A stretch of DNA of 64,000 nucleotides, taken from contig BDGG01000002.1 in the NCBI GenBank assembly GCA_001949185.1, forward strand, positions 1,981,826 through 2,045,825, given 5' to 3'. Both the position numbers and the translations under genes were made by a program. This DNA comes from Ramazzottius varieornatus (lineage: Eukaryota; Animalia; Tardigrada). Shown one piece after another: positions 51,465 to 64,000 of this stretch; positions within the stretch are counted from its first letter, which is position 1, and each line of letters begins with the position of its first letter. The notes beneath the pieces are model-generated. The model ran no database searches, had not been told where the DNA came from, and saw only the letters and a list, made by a program, of their open reading frames with translations.

Positions 51465-52286
51465 TTTCGAAACAAAAGCGTGAAGCTAAGATTCGGAAAG
51501 AGCTTGAGCAAGTGATTTGAAAGCGAATGAAAGAACGGAAAACTCCCAAGAATACTCTAGTAGAAAAGTATTGACGGTTACTTCTTCGGCACGTCCAAAA
51601 GTGATAATGGTTCCTCAGGTTGCGCGACGGAGAGCCGACAGATTCCTTATTGCTTTCTTATAGGCAGGTATTAGGTACCTTGCTACCTGCTCCGGCTGAT
51701 TTCGCCTCGAGACAGCGCATCATAGTCGTTGGAAAATGGACAATGCAACCACACGATGCGTGCTACCTTCCGGCAACTGACACATCCCCGGACCGCGGCA
51801 GCTGATCACGGGCAAAAGATCGATCAAAGTGGGAAACCCATTGTCTGCAGTTTTCCCCATTGCACCCGCAAATCCGATTACATATATGATCTGACGTGAG
51901 CTCAAAACCGCGAACAACATTAGTTTCGTGGCTAAGCGAAGTGTGCGGTACAACTCAGCCATGATGACAAATGCGTCATCAAGCCTCCAGCTTTGCCGCG
52001 AGGCCCTGTGTATCGCGGCTCGCATTCCCTTTCATCGAAGTATCGTTTTTTCGAAAGCTTCTCTTCCAGATATTGCTAACGTTTACTTTCCGCTATTTTG
52101 CCGGTACGTTTTCAAAGCGGTATCTCTTCTTCGGCTGCGAACTTACTTCGTTCTTTAAGCCTCTCTAATACCATCACCAGCCAAGTGTCGGCTTCACAAA
52201 AGAGTCTGTTGCGATGTATGGAAGGTAATTGATCACAGCAAATTAGAAAAGAAGAATCGGTGAAACAAAAACTGTGGAGAAGTTTT

Positions 52287-55200
52287 TCACCAGTCATAAC
52301 TTTGGGATTTGTCTTTCTCAGCTTGGTTAACCGGTTTGTGCTCCATGTACGGACTCTCTCTGCCGGCATGCGCCGGGTTCTTGTACTCACCCAAAAACCT
52401 CCGAGCTTTCGCATCCATTTTGTAGTTCCCTTTAAAAGATAACGTGCAACTCAAAATCATTTCGAAATAAGAAAACTATTAAGAGGAAATTTTACCCAGT
52501 ATTTTCCTGGACTTGACTTCGCTGGCGGAAGTGGGTCCATTCTGCTGCTTGGGCGTCACTGTCGCATTCTTCGGTGCGTGTTTCTCCCCATCAATGCCAT
52601 CCAGTGCATACACCGACGTGGTCTTTCCGCTGACGATGAAGTGTGGACGTTGGACGGGTGTTAGACGCAAAGACTGGTTCTTTGAACGTCTACGATCCCG
52701 ATGGAAGAGCTGACCGAACAGCGAATGATTCCTCTGGAAGGACAACACAATATCATCAATCAACCGACCAGACCAGAAAATGTTAAGCTGACCCCACGAC
52801 CAATGAATCAGTTCATCATTTCGAAAAAGCGGAAAGAATCATGTGGCCGTTAAACAAAACGTTCAAGATCGTTATCTGAAGTGACGCACAGCTCCATCTC
52901 TATTGGCTACGCGCGTGCGCTACGCAGGAAAACGATCTCGCCGTGTCTGATTGTTTACCCAAGTGGCGCAGGTTTTCGGTGCCATTGCCTGGAACCGTGC
53001 GGCAATCAGAGAAACGATCTTGTACGTTTTTTTTATCCGACTTCCCAGGTCATAAAGAAGTTTTCCCAACAATGAACGGTTATTTTGGTAACTTACTCTG
53101 TGCATAGGTTCTTCGCCGTCCATTTCGTCGAGGTTGCCCGATATGGTCCGTCTAATTTGGGGGCCAATTTCGCACAGTGATCTAAGGCCGGCTTTCAGTG
53201 CCACGGTGTGTTCTTCGTCCTTGAGAGCGCGGTTCTGCATTTCTTTGCGCTTCTTGAAGCGGCGGAAATAGTCTTGAATGAGGAATGTAGCGTAGAACTT
53301 GCCCACCGTTACGTCCTCGTCACCAGGTGCCGGGATGATCAGGTCCAAAAGTCGGTTGGACGTTCGCTTCCAGATCTTCTTGATAATATACCGTAGCTCG
53401 GCGTTGTTCTCGTCAATGTTGGTTTCCTTGCTCGTCTTGATGTCCAGGGAAGTTCGCACAAGGGCAAATAACGTCGCGTTGAAGTTGACTGTTCCGTCTG
53501 CATTCAACGGCATGTTCATCGAAACTAAACGCTGTAAAGGAACGGAGAAACAACGAATTACATTTCGCAGATTCAGTTGGAAGAATGTTAGACCCACCAA
53601 CAGCCCAGTCCCTCAGCCACTTCCATACACAAACCCTAAATTGCGCTCATGAGTGAGTGTATGCAGGTCGGTGAGAGAAAATTACATTTCATTTGCATTA
53701 TGCGCCTGCATACTTGGCTAGACCACGACCGCGATACCTCCTGCATGCGGGTGCGTGACGCTTGCGAATTTGTGATAGAGGAAACGCATACCTTGCAAGC
53801 GATACGATGCGGACATAACGCACCAAAGCCCAGCGGCGGGTTGATCTTCCTCAGCAGCGTCACAACGTCCAAATGCTTGATCCTTCCCTTCGCATCCGGG
53901 TCGTACTCGCTCCACAACCGAATGAACTCGTCCAGATGATGAGGACCTGGAGAGAAAGATTTGTCGACAACGGGTTACTCTATGAAAAGTGGATGAAGTT
54001 ACCTAGGATGGACCAGTCTCTGGTTAAGTAGTCAAAGTTGTCCATGATGACAGCCACGAACAAGTTGATGATGAGGAAGGAGCAGACGATGTAGAAGGAG
54101 ATGAAGTAGGCGTATGAGAAGGTCGTCCCGCACAGTGTCCCTTCCGGTTCGCCAGAAGCCGGGTCGCACTTGACAGTATCACGGTTGGCGCATGACAACA
54201 TCACCTCCTGCCAGTTCTCCCCCGTTGCACACCGGAAGAGCGCTAGGACTGCTTGTGGGAAAGACTGGAAGTTGTTGTTGGGCGAAATCTCACTGTCGTC
54301 GTTGTCCAAGGCAATCTTGCCGAATATCTAAGAAGGAAAACATAAAATCACCAAACCAAATATAAACCAGGGTGCACCGTCATTCATCGATGTTGAAGTC
54401 GCCCTTGATTTCTATTTCAAGAGGCCATACTGTCGGAAGTTTCAAAAAAAATCACGTTCACTGAAATATCGGCTGGACTTTTTCAGGGGCTACCTGCATG
54501 CCGATGACAGCGTAGATAAAGAAAAGCATGACGATGAGCAGGGCGACGTAAGGAAGTGCTTGAAAGGACTTGATGAATGTCCACAGCAGCGTACGGATGC
54601 CTTCTCCACGAGCTAGAAGCTTCACCAAACGCATGGCGCGGAACAGCCGAAAGAAGTTAACTCGCACGATCTTGTGCCCACCCTGAGAGAAAAACGCCCT
54701 TGGTATATGCATTAAGTCGAATAGCTTTCTCGAGTTATAAATTCTCACGATGTGACTAGACTTACCTCGCTCATCGCAGAGTAGATAATGTCGATGAAAC
54801 TTCCCAGCACGATGATGAAATCAAAGGAATTCCACGCATCTCCGAAATAATTCTAAAAGATATCAGTTAGGATTTTCACCACGGAAGGAGCACGTAGGAT
54901 GACAACGAGATGAATAAGAACTTACTTTGAAACGAAAGGCGATGATTTTCAGGATACTTTCCAAGGCGAAGACAGAAGTGAAGATGATATTGAGCCAATC
55001 GAGGAGCTCCGAATAAGCTCTTGGCTGCCCTTCAAACTGCAAATAAAGTTGCAGATCAAAATCGATACAGGTCCAACCTTCCTCCGGCTGAGAAGGTTGT
55101 TCTTCAAAAGAGTTACCTTCATAGCCAGGGTGATAGTGTTGAGGACGATGAGTGCAAAGATGGCATACTCGAACGGCTGTGAGGTGACCAGCCACCATAC

Positions 55201-58200
55201 TCGGTACTGGAAGCGGTTCTTGGGAATGTACCGTCGGATAGGCTTGGCTTTCAGGGCAAACTCGACGCACTTCCTCTGCCACAACAAAATACTCATCAAC
55301 ATACATATACAAAGAACGACTGACGGACCTGGTTTCTGTCCAGTTCGCAATTCTTGTATTCCTGTTCTCCTTCTTGCTGGAACGTGACAATGACGAAGCC
55401 GACGAAGATGTTGACCATGAAAAAGGCAATGACGACCAGGTAGATGATGAAGAACATGGCAATGTATGGGCGGTGGTTGAAGGTCGGCCCGTGGTTCTCA
55501 ATGTTGGAATCGATGGCTTTGTACGTCAGCCTGAAAAATTCACGATTATGAAAATCGGGAAAGACTTTACCGAGTTTTAAAAAAAGCATCTTACGTTGGC
55601 CATCCTTCAAAAGTAGAGACCGCGAATAGCGTCAGCAAGGCCTTAGCCACATCATCGAAATTGAACTTGTTGTTCACCCACTCGCGTGGCTCGATCTTCA
55701 CCGCATCATCTAGGTCATTTCCGGAGTAGACCAGAAATTCCCCTCTAAAAAATACACGTAAATATTCTAAAACCAGTGCAGTGAAAACCACGCCACTTTA
55801 GAGAAACCGAAACTCTGCCATACAATATCATATGCTGCGTATGCGGTTCAGAAGTATCGTCTTCCGTAATAGAAACCAGGGGAGAGCCAAACGTAAGTCC
55901 GGCAAGGTCCACCCTGGTTTCTACTATGTACGACCGACTTTCGGTTGGAAGCAAGGGTGGACCCTTTGATGATGAAAATTTCCAAACGGACTTTCGGCCA
56001 CGAATGGTCCGCCCTTACGTTGCTCAGTTGGAAGTTTTTTCGTCTGAGCATCGAACAGAAACTTACTGGCAATCGTCTTCCGTTGATTTGGATGGATCGG
56101 TACAGTCGTAGAAGCGTCCCTTGAAGAGCTGGACGCCGACAACAGCAAAGCAGAATTGCAGCATGTATGTCACGATGAAGACATTTCCGATGACTTGTAC
56201 TGAGGTGATGAGACATTGGACAACGTGCTGTTAGTTGGAAGGGCGCCATAGGAGGAAAAAAGAGAGAAACGAGTTAGTCGGGGTTCGCTAGTCTAGACTT
56301 CTCACCTGTACTCCTATGCAGGCGAAGATGAACTGTTGGATGGATATTCAAAAAACGAAAAAAGCAGAGATCAGCACAGAGTATAGTGAGGGAAGGAGGG
56401 AGGGCAAGTGCAGAGGAAAGGGGAAGTGGAAAAAGGCACCTGAAGCATGAAAGTAACCAGCATGATATTCCAGATGGTCTTGATAGCCACCACCACGCAC
56501 TGCACCACGTGCTATAACAGAGAAGAACACCGATGAGAAGTGGGAAAAAGCGTGAAAAAAATCACCCAGATCAATTAGAAACTTCTCTTCAAAGCATCTT
56601 CGAAGCCAAGGCTGTAGGAAAAAGGGCGTGGATAAACACCGCGGACACTCGTAAAGAAAGCCCGCAGCCCGCATAACGACCCCGACATTAGTATAAACTT
56701 GATGGAAGACTAGGCTGAATCTTGTTTTGGACTGACATATTTTTGACGGTGTATTAATAGTATTTTCTAATTTTATGGTATTTTCGGTTTACCTTTAGGC
56801 CTTTTGCTCGGTTGATGGCGCGTAATGGACGCAACACCCGGCACACTCGGAGAATTTTCACGGCGGAGAACTGCGAGTTCCTGATGATAGGGGGAAAAGT
56901 TGAGACTTCATCAGTTTCTTCAAAGCCTTGACGTCAGAATATTTCTTACTCTAGCCCATAGGAGACGATAGAGACTCCAACGACCATGATATCCAGCATG
57001 TTGAACTTGTTCCGGCAAAAGGCTTCCGGATGGCCGATCACACCGTAAGTTATCAGTTTGAGGAGGATCTCAATGGTGAAAACTGATGTAAAAGCGTAAT
57101 CGAAGAAGTTCAGAATCTACGAAGATCAAAATATCTATGAAAAGCAAGTGAAGGTTAGCAAAACTTTGGGGAAAAATTTTCGTACAGTACCTTATTTCGA
57201 TCGCTTTTCTCCGAAGGAATGACGGGGTCTTCAGCGGCCAACATGGCACTACTGACCAAGATACAGACCAGCACGACGTTGCCGAAATAGCGATGGTTAC
57301 AGACGAAATGACAAAAGACTCGAAACTTGTTATCAGGTTGGAAGACAAAGAAGGACGTGTAGGGGGGAATGGGTTTCTTCTCTTCGGCAATATTAATCTC
57401 GGACATGCGTCGAGGCCTTGCGCGCGGTGTATCGGGCTCCTCAGCGTCCTCGAGAATTTCTTCCTCCTCGGCGTCTTGATCTTCCGGTCTCAGTGCCAAA
57501 CTGGCTTCTCGGTGTCTTCCGCGCCGTTCTTCGTTGATCATCTCGATACGCATCCGAGTGGCGACGGGGCTGGGAGTCGATCGAGGTCGAGCGGCTTCCA
57601 CGTCACCATCGGGCTGCTTCTTCTCCTCCTCGATCAAGGATTTCTTGTCCGACTCTTCGATCATAGCCTACGACCACACAACCAAACTGTCAAAACTATT
57701 ATTTCTAACAGTGACAATACTGATTTTGCTAGATCGGCGTTAAGTAACGGTATGTTCCTACACCTGCATACGACGCATTATGCTTCAAACACAGTATGCA
57801 TGTATGTAGGAACATGAGTTGCAATCGACGGAAATGCACCGGTTCAAACTGTTGACCCTTTTGTGCACATGAATTCCCGCACTTCAGGCTGTCTTCATAA
57901 TAAGTCAATATCATACTGCACATGAGTATGCAGGTGCATGCGGTATGCGAAACGTTCACATCAAGTATATTTATAGGAGGAGTACAGAGCATCGTACCTC
58001 GGGGACATCTTCTTCTTCTGGTGTTGCTTCGCCGTCAGGAGGGAAGATTTGTATCTGAACTGGGTCGTCGGAGATGCGAACGCGGTCGTGGTTCGATACT
58101 TCATTGGAATCATGGATGGAGCTTTGGTTGGACCTGTTGGAGGTACTCGAAGACAGCGAAGCCCTCCGTTCGCGCTCCCTCTTGGCTGCAGCTCTTTCTT

Positions 58201-61200
58201 CAAGCTTCTTCTCTTCTTCCTCGTTATCATTCAGGTTATCCACGGCGATGGCCAAGAAGACGTTCAGTAGAATATCTGACAAAAGAAAACCAATATGAGC
58301 ATTTGGGAAGATCGGTAGGCGCGACACGCCATTCCCTCACAGACCTAAATACAGAAACTGCGCGTCTACCACAGAGTATGAGTGTGTAGGTGGATGACAT
58401 AGAGGGCGCCCGTCTTTCGCCCAGAAAAAGACACGGAAATAAAGTGACTTACAGTTTCCACAGATGAACAGGAGGATGAAGTAGAAAGAACAGAGGATGC
58501 CGATGGAGTTGACTCCTCCGAAAGCGTTGACGCCTTGATACATGACTTCATTCCAGTCTTCGCCTGTCAGGATCTGGAAGACGGTCAACAGCGCCTGCCA
58601 GAAGCTGTCGAAGTTGTTGCGGTACGGTTCGGTCTCCCCTTCGAAGCTGAACTTCCCACCGAATAACTGCATGCCCAACAGCGCGAAGATTAGAATAAAC
58701 AAGAAGAGAAGTAACAGCAGACTGACAATGGAGCGAATGGAGCCAATCAGGGACTCGACCAGGAGACTGAGGCTCTTCCAGTACTTGGTGTACTTGAAGA
58801 TTCTCAACAGTCGCGCAGACCGAAGAACCGACAAGCCCAAGGGAGGCATCAGGCCTGTTCGCGTCAGGACGAACTCAAAGATAGACGACAGCACCACGAA
58901 ACAGTCGAAACGGTTAAAAGTAGCTGCAAAGTAGCCTTCACTACCCAGGCAGAATATCTTAAACATCATCTCCAACGTGAACAGGATCACGAAGAAGAGA
59001 TTGGCTGCATCCTACAAAACGAAAGTGGACATTTAGAAAACTCAGTCCTAAATTGGAAGCCCAGCGTCGAAACAAAATCGACAACAATGTTTCCCCAAGT
59101 GACACCCGATTGTACTTTATTTGGGTGGAAGCGTGCGCCACTTGGGAAGAGGTCTGGTCGAGTTTGTTTGCCTGCGTCCCGACTCCTAACTATTTTTACA
59201 CGAGTACAATATACCTGAAAATGACCGAGCCAAGGAGGCTGACCGTGATACTCCGTAGCCAGGACGCAGGTGTTGAGGAAGACCAGGATGATGATGGCCC
59301 AGTAAAAGTGTTGGGTCTTGATGAGACGCCGACACGCCCGACGACACCTACAAAACGACAGACGTCAGTAGGTCAGCAATAAACCAGCACAATAAGGGGA
59401 AACTCAGGGCGTACTTTCGAATGATACGCCGAATCTTCTTGAAGCTATCCCGTTGATACCACGTTTGCTTATCCTCACCGTCATCCTTACTGTTGCTGCC
59501 AGGGTTGTTGCGGTCGCGTAGAGTGGGCTTCCGTTTCAGGCGTGGACGGTCGTCAACGTCGGGATCGTCGTCTGTTGCATCATCTTCCATCAACTCAGCG
59601 TGCATAATCCAATCGAGGTAGTCTTTGACCGCATCGTTGATCATCTTCTCCTCGCGTTCTGCGCGGAAGACACCCGTCTTTTCGGCTTTGTCTCGCTCCT
59701 TGGAAAACTCCCTGAAACCCATACGGAAGTGAGAACATTTCAAACTTTCATCCACCTACATACAAAAGTGAACAACGACCACTACGTCATACAGGCATGC
59801 AGGTGTACGCGAAAAACAGCCACGTCATCGACCTGCATACGGAGACCCACGCAGTTCCTGCTGTCAAGAATGTATATAGGTTCGTGAGAGACCAGCATAC
59901 AGAAAGCAACGCGATTATTGCGATACACGTGCATGCGATTTCTGTACCAAACGAGAGTACTGATCTGCTTACCCGCTGAGAACACCAAGGACGAGGTTGA
60001 GGACAAAGAAGGATCCGAAGATGACCAAGCTGACAAAATAGATCCATGGCCAAGTGTAGCCCACCGAGTCATTCATCCAATACATGATAGTCGTCCAGCC
60101 TTCCATGGAGATACACTGAAAGACCGTCAACATAGCCAGCCCGAAATTGTCAAAATTGGTGATGCCCGAGTTTGGTCCTTCCCATCCCTTGCCGCAATAC
60201 CCGATTTCTGCACACACTGACTCATCCGCTCCACACGGTACTGGATCGGACATCATCTCATCTGCAAACAAGAGCTCCATTTAAAGACCACACAGAAACA
60301 TAACCGGAAGTTAACCCATGTTACCATTCTACTTCGGCTTCCGATCAAGTTACACGTTACCACCATATGACGACATGGGACTGTTTCGATTATTTTTACC
60401 GTGTTACTCGGACGGTACCATGATACCAGGTGACGTTACTTTGTGGCCCGACGCCGAAGACACGGTAAGGTGGTCGTGCTTTGTGAGCCCAAATACTCCC
60501 ACCGTGTTACTCGAGCCTGACCGTCTTGTCACCTGGTGTCACCATGTAACCTAGGTGTTGCCTCATGGAATACCACTAAGTTAGAATGAATGTTCAATTT
60601 ACGAGTGTCGTTGTTATAGCATGTCCGGTGGAGAGCGCCCATGAAGAGTTCCAGGCCGATGATGGCGTAGATCATGATGACAAAGAGGACCAGAAGAGCG
60701 ATATGCAGAAGCGGGACCATGGCCATGAGGATGGAGTTTAAGACAATCTGCAGACTGGGTACGCCGGAGACAAGACGCAGCGGACGAAGGACGCGGAAGG
60801 CTCGTAGAGCCTTGACGTCGAAGGCGTCTTTGGCACCCTTCTTGGTGGCTTCTTCGGACGCATACAACTGCGAGATGGCCGGCAGGATCATGCTGACGAG
60901 ACCCACAACCACGATAACGAAGTCTAGCAAGTTTAGACCGTTGCGAAGGTAGGCCCCGGAATGGAGGAGAAACCCGTAGGCGCAAATCTTTAGGATACAT
61001 TCCCCGGTGAAAATCACAACGAAGACGTACTCTAGATGCTCCTGTAAAACGGTGCAGCATCCCGTGAGACTCTTATTTTTGAATTGGCGTAAAGAAAAAT
61101 TAGGACTGTGACGCGTCCTTTCATAAGCTTGCTCGTTTTGCCAAGTGGGGCCTCGGCAAAGAAACTCGACAAGACTGACATCCCAAGCGGCGCAGGTTTC

Positions 61201-62225
61201 AGTGTTAATGGCTGAGATAGTGCGCCAATTAGGAAAACGATCTTGTCGAGTCGGTTTGCAATTACTTGCTGTTCATAAACATGTCAGGTTTTGGTGGTTA
61301 TTCAAAATGGAAGGATTTCAGCCAGCTGCTGGCAAAAACTCAAAGATCGAAAGTTAGCTTTCCGAATTTCTCCAAAAATATTTATGATGTTAAACACTGT
61401 GGTCGTAACTTTTCCGAAGACAATAAAAGGAGAGAGACCTATGGAGATTGTGATCGTTATTAGACGGTACTCACCAGGATCTGATTAACCATGTTGGAGT
61501 CTCCATTGGGGTAGGGTGTCTGGATAGCGAGGGCGATACAGTTGGCAAAGATGGTAGCCAGGATGATGTAGTCGAAGCCTCTGCACAAAGATCACAACCC
61601 GAATTTCAACTCCTTCCAATTACCCTCGAAATAGCTTAGCACGACGTCAATAACTAACTGCCGTATGACGAGGCGTCAGAATTGACAGGCACTTACTTCC
61701 ACTCGACGACCTTGATGCATGCTTTGCGGAAGGGGTTCGTCAAGGAAAGACAGAAGAGCGCCCGTTCGGGTCGGTTCTCGGGTTTGCCCATGAGGATGGT
61801 GTTGGCCCTCTTACTGTTCGGATTGGACTTATTGGCGTAGGCCGCGGCGGTGGCGGAAGAGAGTGTCTTTTGCCATGCCGAGCTGAGAGGCTTGTCAGGG
61901 ATCTTGATTACCGGTGAGCCAGCTAAACGGAATGCAAACACATAAGATCAAAATCCTCGGGCTAGACATGCCCAATATCAGAAGGTCGGCACTTACGTTG
62001 TCCTGGAAGAACGATAACGCTGGATGATCGCTTCGCATCAGGAGCGTCATGACTGGATGGAGTAGTCGGAGACGCCGCGATTGGAGTTGTCGCCGCTGCA
62101 AAAATAACCAGAGAGTAAATAAGTTCGGATGTTCGATCAAAACGTTCATTCTCCAACTGTATTTTTTTTATCGTTTACACAACAACCAACATGGAAGACC
62201 GCGGTACAGTACCTGGGTTCGACAT
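52287..62225 (-). CDS. Voltage-gated L-type calcium channel alpha1 subunit (Cav1; egl-19/Ca-alpha1D-like), multi-exon; 3' end approximate
   Basis: Four-repeat channel with EEEE filter (CISMEGW, ILTGEDW, VSTFEGW, CATGENW), S4 [19 protein letters not shown]-hand [12 protein letters not shown] and IQ motif [13 protein letters not shown]. Putative ATG at 62225 (MSNP). Confidence 0.95.
52878..53008. repeat. Tandem pair of intronic palindromes (Cav1 intron)
   Basis: 52878-52926 and 52960-53008, 25-nt spacers, flanked by GATCGTT / AACGATC. Confidence 0.75.
59096..59144. repeat. Intronic palindrome copy (Cav1 intron)
   Basis: CAAGTGACACCC-N25-GTGCGCCACTTG. Confidence 0.75.
61162..61252. repeat. Intronic palindrome copy with extended outer arms (Cav1 intron)
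   Basis: AAACTCGACAAGAC..CCCAAGCGGCGCAG-N24-GTGCGCCAATTAGGAAAACGATCTTGTCGAGT. Confidence 0.75.
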
Positions 62226-63255
62226 GTTGGAATCGGTAAAGTTAACCTCGGAAAAGCAACACAAACTCGATCAACGCCAATATTTCTCAGTCGGACTCAT
62301 TCCATAGTTTGGAAGCAATTCTTATCCATAGAACAACATCAGGGGATTCCCTTTCGCGAAGTTCCTCGGTCAAAGCAGGCTGAAAGGGTTGATCGCCTAG
62401 ATAATCCGACCAGAGGGTGTATATCGAACAAACAACTCGTGCCTCAGGGTCAAACCTTCATTCCGAGACCTTTCCGACAGAGTTGCTAAATAAAAACCCA
62501 ACGTCTAAGTTTCCTACTGATCCAGACGAACTAAGATAATGAGGGTAGACTATCAGCATCCCAATGCCTCATTACGGTCGAAAGCACGACGTGAAAACCC
62601 CAGCTATCCAACAGCGTCAATACAAATGTGACTGTTTCTTCTGTCAGTGGTTCAAGTTCTTCGTCATCTTCAACTGTAATGTTCGACGCGGTGAAATTTG
62701 AGTACGACGTCTCGAGAATTCCAAGCTAGGCACGAGGTCAGCTAATGCTAGCTTCTTCCTCAGCTCCTAGCTATACGACGTGTTCTAGAGCGGAAGCCCA
62801 CATGCCGGACTATTTCTTCAATGAAACTGCAGTTCCAGATGGGAGTGTCGTGTATGAGAGAGAAACACCGCTGCCGTTGGCAATTACGCCATACTGCACA
62901 TGATGGATGCCGTATTTCTTACAAGTACTCCAAGGAGCCGAAGAGCGTCTCGGTTGAACGGACTGTACCATTTCTATTTTTACTCAAAGTATATCCTACG
63001 AAGAGCGCTAAACGATCGCAGGCAACGTAGAACATGACTGATGGCGATACAGCAAAGCACAACTAAAGAACTAGTCTTAGGCCCTCTTAAATCTCCTTCA
63101 AAACACTCCCCGGTATCTAAACTTATCATGAACCTGTAATTTTATTTTTCGAACCATTGCGTGGGAAAGATTGCACCGCAAATTCAGTAGCCGCTAGCTA
63201 GCTTGAAGTAAAGCCAAGCAAGAAATGATGGTTCGTCGCCAGAGGCGGCTAGAGG

Positions 63256-63598
63256 TACGAGGTAAACACATAATTCGGGCGTGAAGGTTTTTCACTCGTA
63301 ATTCGTGCATATTTTTTCTCAGCTCCTGCTGCGCGTAATGAACCGCTTCTTGTTTCCTGAGATAGACTGATCCCTCTCCTCGAGGTTTCAATAGGTTTGA
63401 GAACGGGAAAGCGTTGTAGATTACGGGACTTTGGCCTGGGATAGAGATGGGTCTGTCCAATGTCAAAAAGCCTAATGTTGTATCAACACACGTACGATGA
63501 GGGATGAATCAAGCGTTGAAAGTAATGTTCAAACCTTTCGCGCTGCCCGAATTATGGTGCGAAAATCGATATGCCCGAATTATGTCGTTCACCTCGTG
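63256..63598. mobile_element. Second, more degenerate copy of the TACGAGGTAAAC mariner-type MITE
   Basis: Left end TACGAGGTAAACACATAATTCGGGC; right end GCCCGAATTATGTCGTTCACCTCGTG, with the same duplicated GCCCGAATTATG subterminal motif as 43484-44208. Confidence 0.75.
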
Positions 63599-64000
63599 TT
63601 AAAAAGGTCCGCAGTTTGGCTCTTTTTCTACGAAGTTGCTTGTCAGGTCCGTGCTCGACACAACCTTGACTGGTAATCCATGAAAATTTCGTAGAATAAG
63701 GGCCAAATGGCGGACCTTTTTAATACCTTCAGCCGCATCTGTTCGTCGCTGGCGCTACCTGTAGAGCCATGTCAAAGCCACAGCGCCATCTCGAGGTGAT
63801 TGACGTCAAAACGGTTAAGTAGTGTTGAACAGCTGATCGCTCTTCTGGAAAACGTGTGGGCGGAGCTAAAGCTGACTCGGCAGAAATTCTCAGATCCGGT
63901 TTGGTTATCTTCCGATCTTCCCTCTGTCTTCCTTATCTTTCGAATCAGTGCCTTACTGATCTTACGTTGATGTCGCTATCTTACGTTTCTCGGCAGGTTC

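Noticed and set aside
1702-61231. Repeated palindromes as a CRISPR array or REP elements
   Set aside because: Copies are dispersed in spliceosomal introns of a eukaryote, are not regularly interspaced, and there are no cas genes.

Overview
This is eukaryotic, intron-rich, gene-dense invertebrate DNA with many 55-90 nt GT-AG introns. The gene style and content are consistent with a tardigrade-like compact genome, but that is inference. In order, the window contains: a pogo-like transposase relic, a CRE-like non-LTR retroelement relic, a MITE-interrupted CYP450 pseudogene, an NADPH-dependent FMN reductase, a receptor guanylyl cyclase, an ankyrin/SOCS-box-like gene, a secreted heme peroxidase with a polyproline N-terminus, two tandem NDRG paralogs, a clip-type serine protease, a TRH-receptor-like GPCR, a lipocalin-like gene or pseudogene, an aminergic-like GPCR, a type I FAS-like megasynthase and an L-type (Cav1) calcium channel. 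Two observations stand out. (1) The 'fatty acid synthase' keeps every KS, AT, DH, ACP and TE catalytic residue, but both NADPH-dependent reductase domains are destroyed: ER is partly deleted and KR lacks its Gly-rich motif and catalytic Ser/Tyr. It therefore looks like a FAS-derived NON-reducing animal polyketide synthase. (2) About 30 copies of a palindrome, CAAGTGGCGCAC-N25-GTGCGCCACTTG, have a strikingly fixed 25-nt spacer and lie in introns of nearly every multi-exon gene here. Exon boundaries were derived by hand, and comparisons to known proteins are from memory, not database searches.
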